The notes under the pieces are model-generated. The model did not search any database and was not told the origin of the DNA. It was given only the letters and a program-made list of their open reading frames with translations. A program made the translations under genes and the position numbers. A stretch of 64,000 nucleotides of DNA from the human T2T-CHM13v2.0 reference genome, Homo sapiens: the NCBI RefSeq assembly GCF_009914755.1, contig NC_060925.1; one strand, given 5' to 3'. Below, one piece after another: positions 13,729 to 27,153 of this stretch. Positions within the stretch are counted from its first letter, which is position 1. Every line of letters begins with the position of its first letter.

Positions 13729-14774
13729 ATAGCACTGAGTTCCCGCAATTGCTGAACTCTTTGTCGCCTAAGTGCACAGATTCTGTCTGCATGCTACTGG
13801 GCCACTGCTAGAGGATGAGGAAGTTGTGATGTAAGTGCTTCAAGACTGTTTTTCCTACCCTCTTCAGTGCCATGTCCAGCAGTGTGAAGTTAAAACCAGG
13901 TATTCTGATTGCTCACCTGATTTTTGGTTCTTATGAAGGTGCTATTTTGTGTAGATAGCTGTCAAATTTGATGTTCCTATGGGGAAGACAATTGGTGGAT
14001 GCCTCTATTTGGCCACCTTTCTCCCTCCCCTCCGTCTCTATCATATTCTTTCAGTATCTGAAATAAAAATACTTGCTGATATATAGTTAGAAGACACATT
14101 CTGTTTCTCTGCCAGTGTAAATGGTCTGCTTTATTTTCTAGTCCATCATTTGTAATTTTCTGAGACAGGAATTAGAATAATTTCCTTTGCATACACAGTC
14201 ATAAATTAGAAATTATACAAATGATTTTCATTTATTTTACTTTTAAATATTTGTTTTACATGTGTTTAACAAGAGGAGAAAATGTTCTTATACACAGATG
14301 CATGGCAAGGCATATGTCAGAAGATCTAAAAGTATTTTATTTTTATGGTTTAATACAAATATTTTAAAATGTCTTTGTTAGACATTTCATGTTTGAAAGA
14401 AATCCACTAGTTTTGCAGATCCCTTTTACTAACTATAAAATAATCAGAACAGAAAAGTAAACTTTTTTCTCAATATTTTATTTGAAATTTATAATAAATA
14501 TGAAACTGCTCTTAGTAATTCTAATTAATGTATCTTTCTATTGGTTATATCATAAACCATATATTTGCAAACAATACCACTTCAAACTCAACTTAATCAC
14601 ACTCCATAATAATTACCATAGACAATAGTCATTTTAATATTCTACTAGAACTGTATTATCATTTGCACAACCTACTCACATAATAATTATTTGAAAGTAA
14701 ATAACTATGAAATTCTAAAACATCTTCAATGACCTTAATTATTTTATTACAAGTTATAATCTTATGATACAAAG

Positions 14775-14968
14775 ATCTAATGGTTTACCTTTGCCTTACT
14801 CATGAAAATAATGAAACAAACTATTTTTATTATACATATGAAAGTATTAATTTGATATTTAAAATAAAATCTAATGGTTTACCTTTGCCTTACTCATGAA
14901 AATAATTAAACAAACTATTTTGATTATACATATTAAAGTATTAATTTGATATTTAAAATACATCTAAT
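14775..14968. repeat. 94-bp tandem duplication
   Basis: ATCTAATGGTTTACCTTTGCCTTACTCATG... starts at 14775 and 14869. About 3 substitutions. ATCTAAT recurs at 14962. Confidence 0.95.
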
Positions 14969-17256
14969 ATTAATATATTATGCAGTATGTCCATTTTTTT
15001 TAAATGCTACTATATGTGATATTTGCCTCAGAGGTAAAGAATAGAACATATTAAATTAATGTCTTGACCCATAATTTATCACAAACTCCATATGTCAAGT
15101 ATATAGTGTACCTTATTTTTATTAAGTCAAAATTGATTTAATTGAACTATGTCTTTTTATTTGTAGCCAATTATCATTCAGTCAAATAATTTTGCTTAAA
15201 AATTACTAGTATAACTACTCGGGTATATAAGAATTAATTTTCTTTACATCAAGAGTAAGGCTTGTCAATATGAGTTGGAAGCACGGATAGGCATCTTAAT
15301 AATTTTTAACACAGATTTGAGTCAATTGACCAGTATAACACTTTCCTGTATTCAAACCTTTAGTTTACCTGTGGCATTTCTATACATAAAAAGGTCTTAC
15401 CAGGATTCTTAATGGCAAAACTTCATCCATTGTCTTATCAATTCATATGATCAAATTTGACCTTGCTTCTTTGTTTATTTCAGAATAGTATTTGTTCTTT
15501 ACTTAAAATGACTTAATCTAAATTATATGTTAAGTGATTATAAAGGAAGAAATCTGATTCCATTTTGGGTTTCTTTCTTGTCCTGTCATCTACAGGCATA
15601 GTGAAAGTCTTACAAGCTTAATAACTTAAATATTCTCCACTAAATACCTTATTTCTCTCCAAATCATTAGTTCTCCTTTCTGTGGATGTGTAGTTCTCTT
15701 TTCAAGAAGAAAGCGTGAAATCTTCCTGAAGATAAACTTGTTTTGTAGTGTTAATAAAATTCTGGTCTAAGTGCCAGTACATTATGAAATCCAGATTTCT
15801 GATCTGTGTTTTTTTTCAAAACAAATAATTGTTTTACTAAAATTCAGTCTGGTCTGAATATCAACTTCTACCTCATACATTTTTCAAATCTTTGCTAAAT
15901 ATGTTTTTATCTAGCAGTATTTTTTCATGTTGATATCTACTAAGCCAGTCAGTTGTTTCTTTCTTACCCTTTTATATCAAACCTCTCTTAAAAATTTAAC
16001 TAGCAACCTGCTTGAAAATAGATTTACTAGAAAACAGTTTCATGTAACATATCAATTCATATGACTAAAGTGTAAACTATAGTTCACTTCTGAATCAGTG
16101 GACTTTAATCATCATTCGTATTTGTTAGTCGATAGCAAAATATGTTAGAAGTTAGCGTTTTCATTTGAAAAATCAGGTTAATATAAACTATTATTATTGA
16201 TTAAACTTAATGAATAAAAGTAAACAAAAAACTTTAACAACCATGTTTAATCGTATATCATGTTTGTTAATATTTATAACTCCATGATAAAATAATCCCA
16301 TTATATATTCTAGTCATATTAACAGCATAGATTTTATAAATGTTATTTTTAAAAAGAGCTATTTTATGAATACAGGAATTTAAGATATTATGCTCATCTT
16401 TTTTTTCATAAGAAACAAATGTTCATATTTTCTAAGGGTCCTAAACAAAGAGTTATAGCATAGAAATACTTACTGCCCTAAAACTATCCTATTGTGAATT
16501 ACATATGTAACAACAACAAAAAACATTTTAAAAGTTTTGATATAAACCTCTGGTCTCTTGCATTATTTATATTTATCCAAAGATGATTTCTAGAAACAAT
16601 TTTAGTCAGCTTTATAAAACTTAATATATTGGTGTAAAGAGAGGCAAAGATATGAAGTAATGGACTATTAATACTCTCATGGTTGACTTTAACCAATACA
16701 TTTCAAATAAGATATTTGATTTAGGTTTTACAAAAAAAATCATAATTTCAAATGACAATCTTACTATGACACATTATTTTAAAAATTCAGATAAGAGTAG
16801 TTTGACCAAGTAGAAAGAGAATAGGGCTATGGTGGCCTTTAAAAGAGCTTCACAGAATTCCAAGGACTACCAGGAGCACAGCTTGGAAACCAGCACTGAA
16901 GGCAATTATTACTTTGGATAAAATAGTTTCAAAGTTATGCTTTTGTTAAACTAATTGGTTGTGCCAACTTTTTGCATAGCTAGGAAACAGTTTAAATTGT
17001 CGTTTTCATTATTGAAATGAAGTTTTTCATTTTGAAATAAAGTATTTATGGAAATAGAATAAATATAGCATATTTACCACATATATCATATTGCATATTT
17101 TCCATATAGCAATGCACTAGATGTCTTTTAATAAGAACTTTATATTAATATATGAATAAGAACTTTAAATTGAGCTTCAAAACCATGATATATTTACCAG
17201 ATTCAACATGTCAAATAGTTGAGTAATAACTGTCATAGTCCAGTCTTTGTGCAACG

Positions 17257-17832
17257 CAGTGTGGTGATTCCTCAAAAAACTTAAAACAGATTTGCTATTC
17301 CACATATTAATCCCATTTTTTGGCTATATATCCAAAGGAATATAAATCATTCTACCATAAAGACACTTGCATGCATATGTTCATCACAGCACTATCCACA
17401 ATAGTAAAGACATGGAGTCAACCTAAATACCCATCAATGGTAGGCTGGATTAAAAAAAAAAAGTAGTATATATACACCATGGAATATTATGTAGCCACAA
17501 AAAAGAACAAGATCTTGTTCTTTGCAGCCACATGGGTAGACTTGAAGGCCATTATCCCAAGCAAAATAGTGCAGAAACAGAAAACCAAATACTACATGTT
17601 CTCACTTATAATTGGGAGTTAAATATTGAGTACACGTTGACACATGTGCACTTGGAGGGTGGAGGGTGAGAGGAGGGAGAGGATCAAAAAAATACCTATC
17701 AGGTACTATGCTTATTACCTGGGAAAATAAATAACCTGTACACTGAACACCTGTGACACACAATCTACCCATCTAAAAAACCTGCACATGTACCACTGAA
17801 CCTAAAGTAAAAGTTAAAAAAAGAAAAGAAAA
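17257..17832 (+). mobile_element. 5'-truncated L1 3' end (L1PA15/16-like)
   Basis: ORF2 C-terminus and 3'UTR motifs, ending ACCTGCACATGTACCACTGAACCTAAAGTAAAAGTT plus an A tail. Confidence 0.9.
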
Positions 17833-18553
17833 CTGTAAAGTTTGTTTGCCACTCTTCCTTTTGGGGCGAGGAGGTGTAGGGAATAAATAAATGGACACAG
17901 ATAAATGAGAGTTTATTCTTACTCTTCAGAATGATTCAGTGGTAAAAACCATTTCTTATGAGAATCTAGAAGGTTTTCTTTGAGGCTGTGGGATTCAATT
18001 TGCCTTTGAGTTTTAGAAGAATTTTAATAAATATATATGGCTAAGTAAATGTGCTACAGGGTAAAGGAAAGGTGGAATGAATAAAGGGATATATGAAGAG
18101 TAAAGAAGAGGTTGAGGACAAATAAGTAGATTAATATAACTGGAATTAAAGGTCTGCTGAGCTAGGAGAACCTATTGGCTAACATTTGATAAAGGTAGGT
18201 GTCAGATGTATATGAATTAAATGCCAGTTGACTTTGAGATGTTGGAAATCAATAAAGAAAAAATCTAAATAATTTAGTTTAAGTCAGGAAATGATCAATG
18301 CTAAATTGTGTTTACATTATTTCTACAGCAGCTCATATAGGGGGTAGGAAAGAAAAGATATCAAGCTATGAAAATACAGTAAAAGTGTTACTGGAAGCAA
18401 ACAAATACTGTGTTGGAAATTAAACTTCCATGAATTACACATTTCCTCTCTGACACCCAATAGAGCATTCCTGTGATACACTGCTTAAAATTCTACTTTA
18501 AAATAGATCTGGTTTTAAAGTCTATGTGGTCCTAGCTGTGTTAACTCCTGTAC

Positions 18554-18830
18554 TTAGTTAGAAAGAATGAATAATGCCTACTATTCTATAGCATAATAGA
18601 ATAACTATAGTCAATAGTAATTGTACATTTAAAAATAACTTTAAAAGTGTAATTGGATTGTTTGTGACTCAAAGAATAAATGCTTGAGGAAATGAATACC
18701 CCATTCTCCATGATGTACTTATTTCATATTGCATGCCTGTATCAAAACATCTCATGTATCCCATCAATATATACACCTACTATGTACCCATAGGAATTTT
18801 TAAAAGTAAAACTAAACATTAAAATTAAAA
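18554..18830 (+). mobile_element. L1MA1/2-like 3' end
   Basis: CATATTGCATGCCTGTATCAAAACATCTCATGTATCCCATCAATATATACACCTACTATGTACCCA terminus. Confidence 0.88.
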
Positions 18831-19868
18831 ATTTTAATCAGTCATATCTCACTTGTATCAGCAAAACAGGGACAATTTTAACATCTCTGAGTTGCATGTG
18901 ACTGCAATGCAGGTAGTACTCAATGCCAAACTACTGTTCTCTTTCTGATAAAGCTCATATATGGAAGTTCCATCCATGTAATGAAGGGGAACCTTGTCAC
19001 ATAGACCTTCTTTGGAAATAGCATTATAATACAGAGACAGAAAAAAAAAGGGTACAAGGGCTAAATTTCATTTAGTTTTATATTCATTTAGTATTTCTTA
19101 AAATTTTTATTGCTTTTTAAAAATTTTACACGGTTATACCAAAGGAAAATATACTTCATTTACCCTATTTAAAATTTTAGTATGTTATCTCATGATAATA
19201 GAAATGGGAACTTGCAATCTCAAAGGTAGATTCATAATTGACTTTTCCTATTTAGGCCAATATTGTTTTTTCCCTGGACTTTATTTTTCTCATTGTAGCT
19301 CACTTTTTTTTCACTGAATAAATAATAATATTGTCACTAGAATCTGCCTGGCAGCACTATGTATACAAAATAGTGAAAGTACTTATCTGTATAGTAACAG
19401 AAAGCAGATCAAAGTCGACAAAATATTTAATTGACAAAAAAATCAGCCACCATTTTCCAATTGTCACTAAAAGGTAAATTTTACTGACATTCCTTTCAGC
19501 TTTCTTTGATAAATAGAAAAACTAAGCGAGATCTTAGGAGCAAATGTAACCAATCAGGGAAGCACTGTATTTCTTCTTAGATGGATCTTTGCAAACTTTG
19601 TTTATCTGGAGAAGTGCAATTTATCTACTCTCCTTCACCTAATTTTTCGTTCTTTTTGGCAACTAACATTAAGGGATTGCTGTTCTTTCATTCCTACTTG
19701 TAATTGCTTGTTTTACTGTTTAAAAAATTTATATTAAAAGGGAGAATATTGAAACTTGTTTGTACTTGACATGATGTGTAAATGAATCTACACTTTACCT
19801 CATGGCTGGTATACAGTAAGAATAACAGAAAAATCACAAATTTTTTTCTTCCACTATTTCCATATTCC

Positions 19869-19969
19869 TATTCATGTAATTGTGTGTGTGTATATATATA
19901 CACACACATATACATATACATCTTCTTATTCATGTAATTGTGTGTGTATATATACACACACACATACAC

Positions 19970-20000
<31 letters not shown>

Positions 20001-20001
20001 T
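19869..20001. repeat. Duplicated (TG)n(TA)n(CA)n compound microsatellite
   Basis: TATTCATGTAATTGTGTGTG at 19869 and 19927, each followed by TA and CA runs. Confidence 0.92.
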
Positions 20002-21428
20002 AGCTTGCTATACTCTGAGAGTAGCTCCCCTTTAAACAAGTAATAGAAAAATGAATCAGGAGCCTATACGTGGCTAAATTTGTGTGTATACAAGAAAACT
20101 TGTCAAACAAAATAAAATAATATAAACATCAAAATTCAGACATCTACTTTCATTATTTAACTAAAATAAATTTTATCACAAAATAACCAGATATAGTCAA
20201 ATATATAAAGTCTTATGAAGTATAAGCCTTTTATTATATCAGTGTAAGCATTCTTAAATAATTAGCTGAGTTTTAGAAAATATTCATGTGATAACTCTTT
20301 AATGCTGCTCTCATTAGATGATTAACTATGACTCCACAGAGAAAGACACCCACTTATTGTGACAACTATTCAATCTCTGCATTTTTTTTTGCAATTAAAG
20401 GACAACTAGACCAAGTATTTACACTTCATAGCCAGGTACACGCCTGGATGCCTGTACTTCCCATATGCCCTGGGACATGACAATTACCATCAATAATGGC
20501 ACCTAGTTGCCTGCCCAGCTACCTGCTCTCCACAACCTCCTGGCCACGACTGGGACACTCAAGAACAGTGGGCAAAAGCTACAATATAGCCCACCACTGC
20601 CCTGATATGACATGGGTTTACTCATTGATCTCTAAGGTCTACCAACAGCTGCTCTCATCACCATTACCTATTTTTTAAAAAACAACAACAGCAGCAAACT
20701 ATTAGGTGACATGTAGACTTAATAAATAGATAATTTCATGTATATCATTTATTCGTTTTAATGTTAATGAATTCTATCTTTCATTCTGTCTTTCAATTTG
20801 ATGAAATAAAATTGAGTACATTAAAATATTTTCTAACCCTTAAAATCTCCTGAGAATTTTATTCATTATTATTTCTATTATCAACCAAATCTAACTCATA
20901 GTATATTAGGTAGCCATTAACAAAAGTTACCTTAACCTTCCACAACTTGAACTAATGTCTTTGTATTATCAACTTAATTTTAGATTTTTGCAATCATTAG
21001 TAAACTTTGCGAACAGAATTAAAAGTACTTAAATATCTAAACACTAAACACTGTTCTGTAGCTATTTTCAACCTACTGGCAGATACTAGCTTTGTATGTA
21101 AATGAAAATTATGAAAGGAAAGGGGCATCCCGGATTGAGTAAGCAGAGAAGTGAAATGGTGGGCAACTGTTTTATAAGTCAGTGTTTAAACCTTCTAAAC
21201 TATGCACATGATGAACTAAACTGTAATTCTGATATGTTTACAATATTTACTTCTGCTTTGTATAAAAGACAATATGGGAAAATTTGTAAATGGCAAGACA
21301 TTTGTATTCCACTAGATATTTTTCATTTGATGTGTATTATTGATTTCCTTCCAGAATCTAAAAATTATATGCCTTCGTTTCTGACTAAATATGTTCTCTG
21401 TCTTTGGTTTGTTTTCCTCATTAGTATT

Positions 21429-21478
21429 CTTCAGATTATGACACTGACGCGCTACCTACTGCGCTAACGAGGCACCTC
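21429..21478 (-). pseudogene. Tailless retropseudogene of elongator tRNA-Met(CAT): first 45 nt plus a 5-nt probable leader
   Basis: Minus strand reads GAGGT-GCCTCGTTAGCGCAGTAGGTAGCGCGTCAGTGTCATAATCTGAAG. This matches the human tRNA-Met-CAT 5' portion as I recall it, with one mismatch. No T-arm, CCA or poly-A. TSD AGTATTCTT at 21423-21431 and 21479-21487. Confidence 0.93.
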
Positions 21479-22374
21479 AGTATTCTTAATGCTAGTTATT
21501 ATAAAAAAATTCCTGCCACATAAAATAAATATTTAGAAGTAATTCAACTACCTTTATTTTGCTATTCCATATAGTTTTTCTTCTAAACCCGAGGCAAGAG
21601 TTTTTAATTTGAATTAGAAGCTGTAACTGAAGACTCACTTATTAATATAAAGCCTAGAAATGTCTGAGGAATTAGCAATTGTTTTGATTAAACTATATTC
21701 TTGCAGATGAATGAATGAATAATTTTAGAGTCAATCAACGTACACAAAATACTGTTATAATAATACATTAAAGTCACACATGCCACCAATGATTTCTAGG
21801 AAAAAGTTTCATTCTCCAAAAGAAAATTTCTTATTTTTTCTTACAGTATCAATGAAATCTACTTTGAAACACTTCGTCATATTATATAATACCTATCCTG
21901 AGATCACATAGTTTGACAATGTGTAATTAAATAAAAGGAATACATTGTGATATTTTCCTTCAAAAATGGGGCAAGATACTCGCTGGGAATCTTTTTAGCA
22001 AGGCATTCACTAAATTAAAGCACTATGCAATAAAATGGTATTCATTATTTCAGAAATACCTGATTAAAATTTGATCTGTTATTCTTTTTACTATAAAGAA
22101 ATGTATGTACTTGATAACACACCACTAAACCCAATTAAAAATAACTAAGAATAAAAGTATGTGTTGATTATCAATTATTAGTATGAGTCAAATAGTGGAA
22201 CAATAGCAAAAAAAAAAAAACCACACTATGAATTAACATTTTGATTGAATTTAATTATGAGTCTTCTCAGTGTTTACTTCACTCTCTCAGCTATAAGTCT
22301 GACTGCATGGTCAACTTTACCACCTAATTGTGCACAAAGGTTCTTACTCTATAATATTCATCATTCATGCATAG

Positions 22375-22535
22375 TCTCATTTAATCCACGTGACACCATT
22401 CTGATGTAGTTATTAATATATCTGTTTTAAGGTTGAAAAGACTGAAGATTTTGATAGAATAACATTTTCTCTGTGAACCCAAGACTAGTAAATAGTAAAA
22501 TTAATTCAAATTCGATCTATCTGACCCTAGGGACC
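22375..22535 (-). mobile_element. MIR remnant
   Basis: CTCATTTAATCC...TGTTTTAAGGTTGAAAAGACTGAAG resembles the antisense MIR core. Confidence 0.6.
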
Positions 22536-22764
22536 ATATCATAGATCAATATTGGAGTATATGGGAGGTGCTTAAAATTTTATTTTAATGTAATTTCAGA
22601 TAATGTAAGAAAAGAAAATGAATACATTTTATTTTATTTTATTATGGAGACTATTAACATGATTATAAAAGGCAATTTAAGTAAAATAAATTAATGTAGT
22701 TGAGGTTGTAGTTTTGTTGAAATGTTAATAACTAAAATAGTAAAAAACAAATTGGGAAACAGTA

Positions 22765-23953
22765 TAGTCATACATTACCTAACAATGAAGATAGCCTCTG
22801 AGAAATGTGTTGTTAGGTAATTTTGTTGTTATGTGAACATCGGAGAGGGCACTTACAGAATCCTAGATGCTATAGCCTGCTACACACGTATGCTATACGG
22901 TCTAGCCTATGGCTCTTAGGCTACATACCTACACAGAATGTTACTGTACTGATGCTGTGGCCAAATAGAACACAATGGTAAGTATTTGTGTATCTTCTAT
23001 ATTTTTACTATAGAAAAGGTATAGTAGAAACATAGAATAAAAGATAAAAAATAGTACACATACATAAGACACTTACCAATTAATAGAGCTTGTGGAACTA
23101 GAACTTGCTCTGGGTGAGTCAGTGAGTAAGTAAGTGGTGAGTGAATATGAAGGCCTAGGACATTAGGCTTCATAAACACTGTACACTTAGGCTACACTAC
23201 ATTTATATAAAAATGTTCTTTCTTCAACAGTAAATTAACCTTAGTTTACTGCAAGATTTTTACTTTATACGCTCTTTAATTTTTAAAAATTGTTGGGCTC
23301 TTGTAATAACTTTTGGCTTAAAACACAAACACATTTTATAGCTGTACAAAAATGTTTTCTTTCTTTATACCTTTATTCTATAAGCTTTTTTCTACTATTA
23401 ATTTTAATTTTTTTATTTTTTAAACTTTTTGTTAAAAGTGAAGACACAAACACTCACATTAGGCTAGGCTTACAGAGGGTCAAGATAATCAGTATTACCA
23501 CTGGAAGGTATCTTGTCCCACTGGAAGGTATTCAGGGGCAATAAGACACATAGAGCTGTCATGTCCCGTGATAATAATGACTCCTTTGAGAATACCTCCT
23601 GAAGAACCTACCTGAGTCTGTTTTACAGTTGTATTTTTTTTTTGTAAGTAGAAGGAGTACACTCTAAGATAATGACAAAAAGTGTAGTTCAATATGTACA
23701 TAAACCTGTACCATAGCCATTTGTTATTATTATCAGTACTATGTAGTGTATATATTGTATGTACTACACTTCTATACAACTAACAGTGAGTGGGTTTGTT
23801 TACACGAGTATCACTACAAATGTGTGAGTAATGCATTGCACTAGGACATTATGACAGCTACAATGACACTAGGTGATGGAATATATTTAGCTTCATTGTA
23901 ATCTTATATTCAGTATATCCTTGACTGAAATGTTATTATGGGTTGGATGATTG
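22765..23953 (-). mobile_element. Tigger3b/MER7B-like non-autonomous Tc1/mariner DNA transposon
   Basis: Termini TAGTCAT...ATGATTG, each flanked by TA. Characteristic internal text (CTGAGAAATGTGTTGTTAGG, GACACAAACACTCACATTAGGCTAGGC). Length ~1.2 kb. Confidence 0.88.
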
Positions 23954-24286
23954 TATATCGTTTTATTGTAAGAAGCAGGAGTTTTTCAGTAGTAGATTTT
24001 ATGTTTAGTTTATTTTTAATATAGAAATATAATTGTTAGGATTCCATCTGTTGAATCTCCCAAGTTTATGGAATTGGAAAAAAATTAAATGCAAATATCT
24101 GGTTTCTACTGAAATATCTCTCATGTCTGTGGTGCTGTCTTGTTGAATCAAAAGTTTGCCGAGATTTCGTGAGCTCTGATGCTGTAAAATCTACTCTACA
24201 AACCAGCACTTGAATCCTTCTGCAACATTCCATATTTTTACTGCATAAACAACTTCATAGTTTTTTTAAAAGGATTTTTCTCATAA

Positions 24287-24454
24287 GTCGTGTGCAATGT
24301 CTCAAGCTTGTAATTTCAGCAACTCAGGGAGGCTGAAGCATGAGGATTTCTTGAGCCCAGGATTCCGAGACTGCTGTGAGCTATGATTGTACCACTGAAC
24401 TCCAGCCCAGGCAACAGAGCAGAACTTCAACTCTAAAATAAAATAAAATAAAAT
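24287..24454 (+). mobile_element. FRAM/AluJ right-monomer element
   Basis: GAGGATTTCTTGAGCCCAGG...GTGAGCTATGATTGTACCACTG plus an (AAAAT)n tail. Confidence 0.85.
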
Positions 24455-24627
24455 ATTCTTCTCCTTTTGAAAATCTTTGTAGCCAAATTTTTGTGTGTAG
24501 TACTTTGAAATAATCATGTAGTTTTTGTGTATTGTTCTTCATTTTGACCCCTGTGTCTTTGAAGTCTAGTCTTCCCTTTATATGATTTAATTTAATGTAT
24601 CTGAAAGGTTTTATCATGTCTCTATAA

Positions 24628-25082
<455 letters not shown>

Positions 25083-26088
25083 CCAACTATTATTTTTTAT
25101 GCACTTACAAAATGTCAACAGAAATTCTGGTTCATTTCATATTCTAGGTCTTTTTTTTTTTCGTATCCAATCTCAACGGGAAAAACATTTTAGAATTTTT
25201 AACCAAGTCCCCCTTAAATATAACATCAAGAAAATTTGTGCTTATATTGGTAGTATCAAAATTTTTAAGAATTCCTTCACAACTTTATTTTTGGAAACTG
25301 GGAAATATGCTTTAAAACTTAGAAAACTAAACAACTAACACATGAATAAATTAACTACATTAAGATTTAGGTTGATTAAAATATCAATATATAATTTATT
25401 CATGTTATTAGAGACTGTCAGAAAAATTAATGTGTCATTTGGCTGCATAAAAAGGTGTGTCTTCTGAATGACAAGGGTGATTCCATCTCCTCGTTTTATA
25501 CATTTCACAATAAACTCAACGTATTATGTACTTTTCTTGATATCATGTCTTAAGGAGTTCAGAGAAAGTCTGAGAGATAAATTTCAAGAGACTGCATGTC
25601 AGGAAGAATAAAATCTCCATTTAACTTCATAAAGTAAAAAATAAGTTGAAACACAAAATACATTTTTAATGATGTATATATTTGAAACGTGTGTACATTT
25701 TACATTGTGCATATGTGTGTGGATGGATCTATACATGTGCATTTGTGTGTGTCAAACCTAAAATATAAACAATAGTATCAGCGAAAGGTATTCTATAACT
25801 TAGCATCTGTGAAAGACAAACTCTTAAAAAGCCTGATAAATCTGTTATCATATGTCACAACACCAGAATAATATTTCCTTTAACAAGACTTAAAATTATT
25901 TAGGATTCCATTATTCTCAGACAATCTTCAACCTGATCTGTTCAATCAGAAAAACAAGTTATTTTGTCCAAAAGTCAATATTATTGCTTCAAAAAGCAAC
26001 TGATAGAAATCTAGAATCTGCAATTTAGGATCATATTATTTAGTATAATGTACCTAAAGTCAATCAGACAGGAAATGTATTAGCCCAG

Positions 26089-26445
26089 TGATATGGTTTG
26101 GCTGTGTCCTCACCCAAATCTCATCTTGAATGGTAGCTCCCATAATTCCCATGTGTCATGGGAGGGAAACTAATGGGACGTAATTGCATCTTGGGGGCAG
26201 ATCTTTCCCTTGATATTCTGATAGTGAATAAGTCTCATGGTATCTGATAGTTTTATAAAAGGGAGTTTCCCTGCACAAGGTCTCTTCTCTTGTCTGCCAC
26301 CACAGGATACGTGCCTTTCACCTTCCACCATGATTGTAAGGGCTACCCAACCACGTGGAACTGTGAGTCCATTAAATCTCTTTCTTTTGTAAATTTCCCA
26401 GTCTTGAGTATGTCTTTAACAGCAACACGAAAACAGACTAATAAA
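26089..26445 (+). mobile_element. THE1 (THE1B-like) solo LTR
   Basis: TGATATGGTTTGGCTGTGTCC start and ACAGACTAATA end. Perfect 5-bp TSD CCCAG. Confidence 0.93.
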
Positions 26446-27153
26446 CCCAGTTATTTTGTACATTACTGAAATTCTTTCTGTTCAAGGTCATAAAATTTGT
26501 TCTTACTAGTGGTCCCTACTGCTTTCCCTGAATGACAAGAATCTGGGAACTAATTATATCATTAACAGAAAGCTATGTTCTTATTAAATTCATCAGCATT
26601 TTTAATTAAAAAAAGGTATTGGTAACTAAGAGTAATCAAATGTCACAAATCAATGTTTGCCTCCATTTTTTACAGTTTCTAGTGAAATGTTTTAAAATAG
26701 TTTTAAAACAAGTTACTGTAATGCATTACATTGCCAGTTACCTTATGAAGCAAGAGGTCTCAGAAGTCAATTTAAATATGTTCGCAGTTGGCCACATGGT
26801 GAACAAACCCTCTTTTAATGTCTATTTTAATCAATTTTTTTCCCAAACTAGTAAAACGTTCTTTCTCAAAACAAGTATTTTCTATATGGTTAAGTGCTAT
26901 ATAGCCTGACATAAACTTTTTTCCAAATTGTATATTTCATATGACTTTTTTGAAAGGTGAGGAAAAAATTTCTGTGATCAAAGACATCTAAAAGAACCAT
27001 ATATATTTTCTTGGCAATTCACCTTTCTTATAAATATATAAATTAGCACAGAAATCATGAAACAAAAAATGTTTAACTTTATTTAATCTATTTATTCCAA
27101 ATTTGTGTAATAATATGATTTTTTAAAAAAAATTATGGTGCAAAAGCAGCATC

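Larger units (their letters stand above)
6291..14033 (-). mobile_element. Near full-length old L1 (L1MA2/3-type 3' end, L1M1-type 5'UTR); ORF1 and ORF2 disrupted
   Basis: Antisense L1MA 3' terminus (GGTACATAGTAGGTATATAT...TGATACAGGCATACAATGTG). ORF2 remnants in the ORF track (7381-7734 TAWYWHKNRHIEQ, 9683-9952 IISGDFNIPLS, 9995-10249 LNGLNPPIKRHR). ORF1 region ~10800-11850 and a GC-richer 5'UTR to ~14033. Possible degenerate TSD TTTCTATTATAT/TCTCTATCATAT. Confidence 0.92.

Noticed and set aside
12535-13748. Two paralogous small proteins on opposite strands
   Set aside because: They are translations of the inverted L1 5'UTR duplication, have non-ATG starts and show no coding evidence.
21102-21467. 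121-aa ATG-initiated ORF
   Set aside because: No recognisable domain and AT-rich codons. Its 3' end is supplied by the antisense tRNA insert, so it is most likely chance.
21429-21473. Functional tRNA-Met gene
   Set aside because: Lacks the T-arm/B box and the 3' acceptor strand, so it cannot form a cloverleaf.
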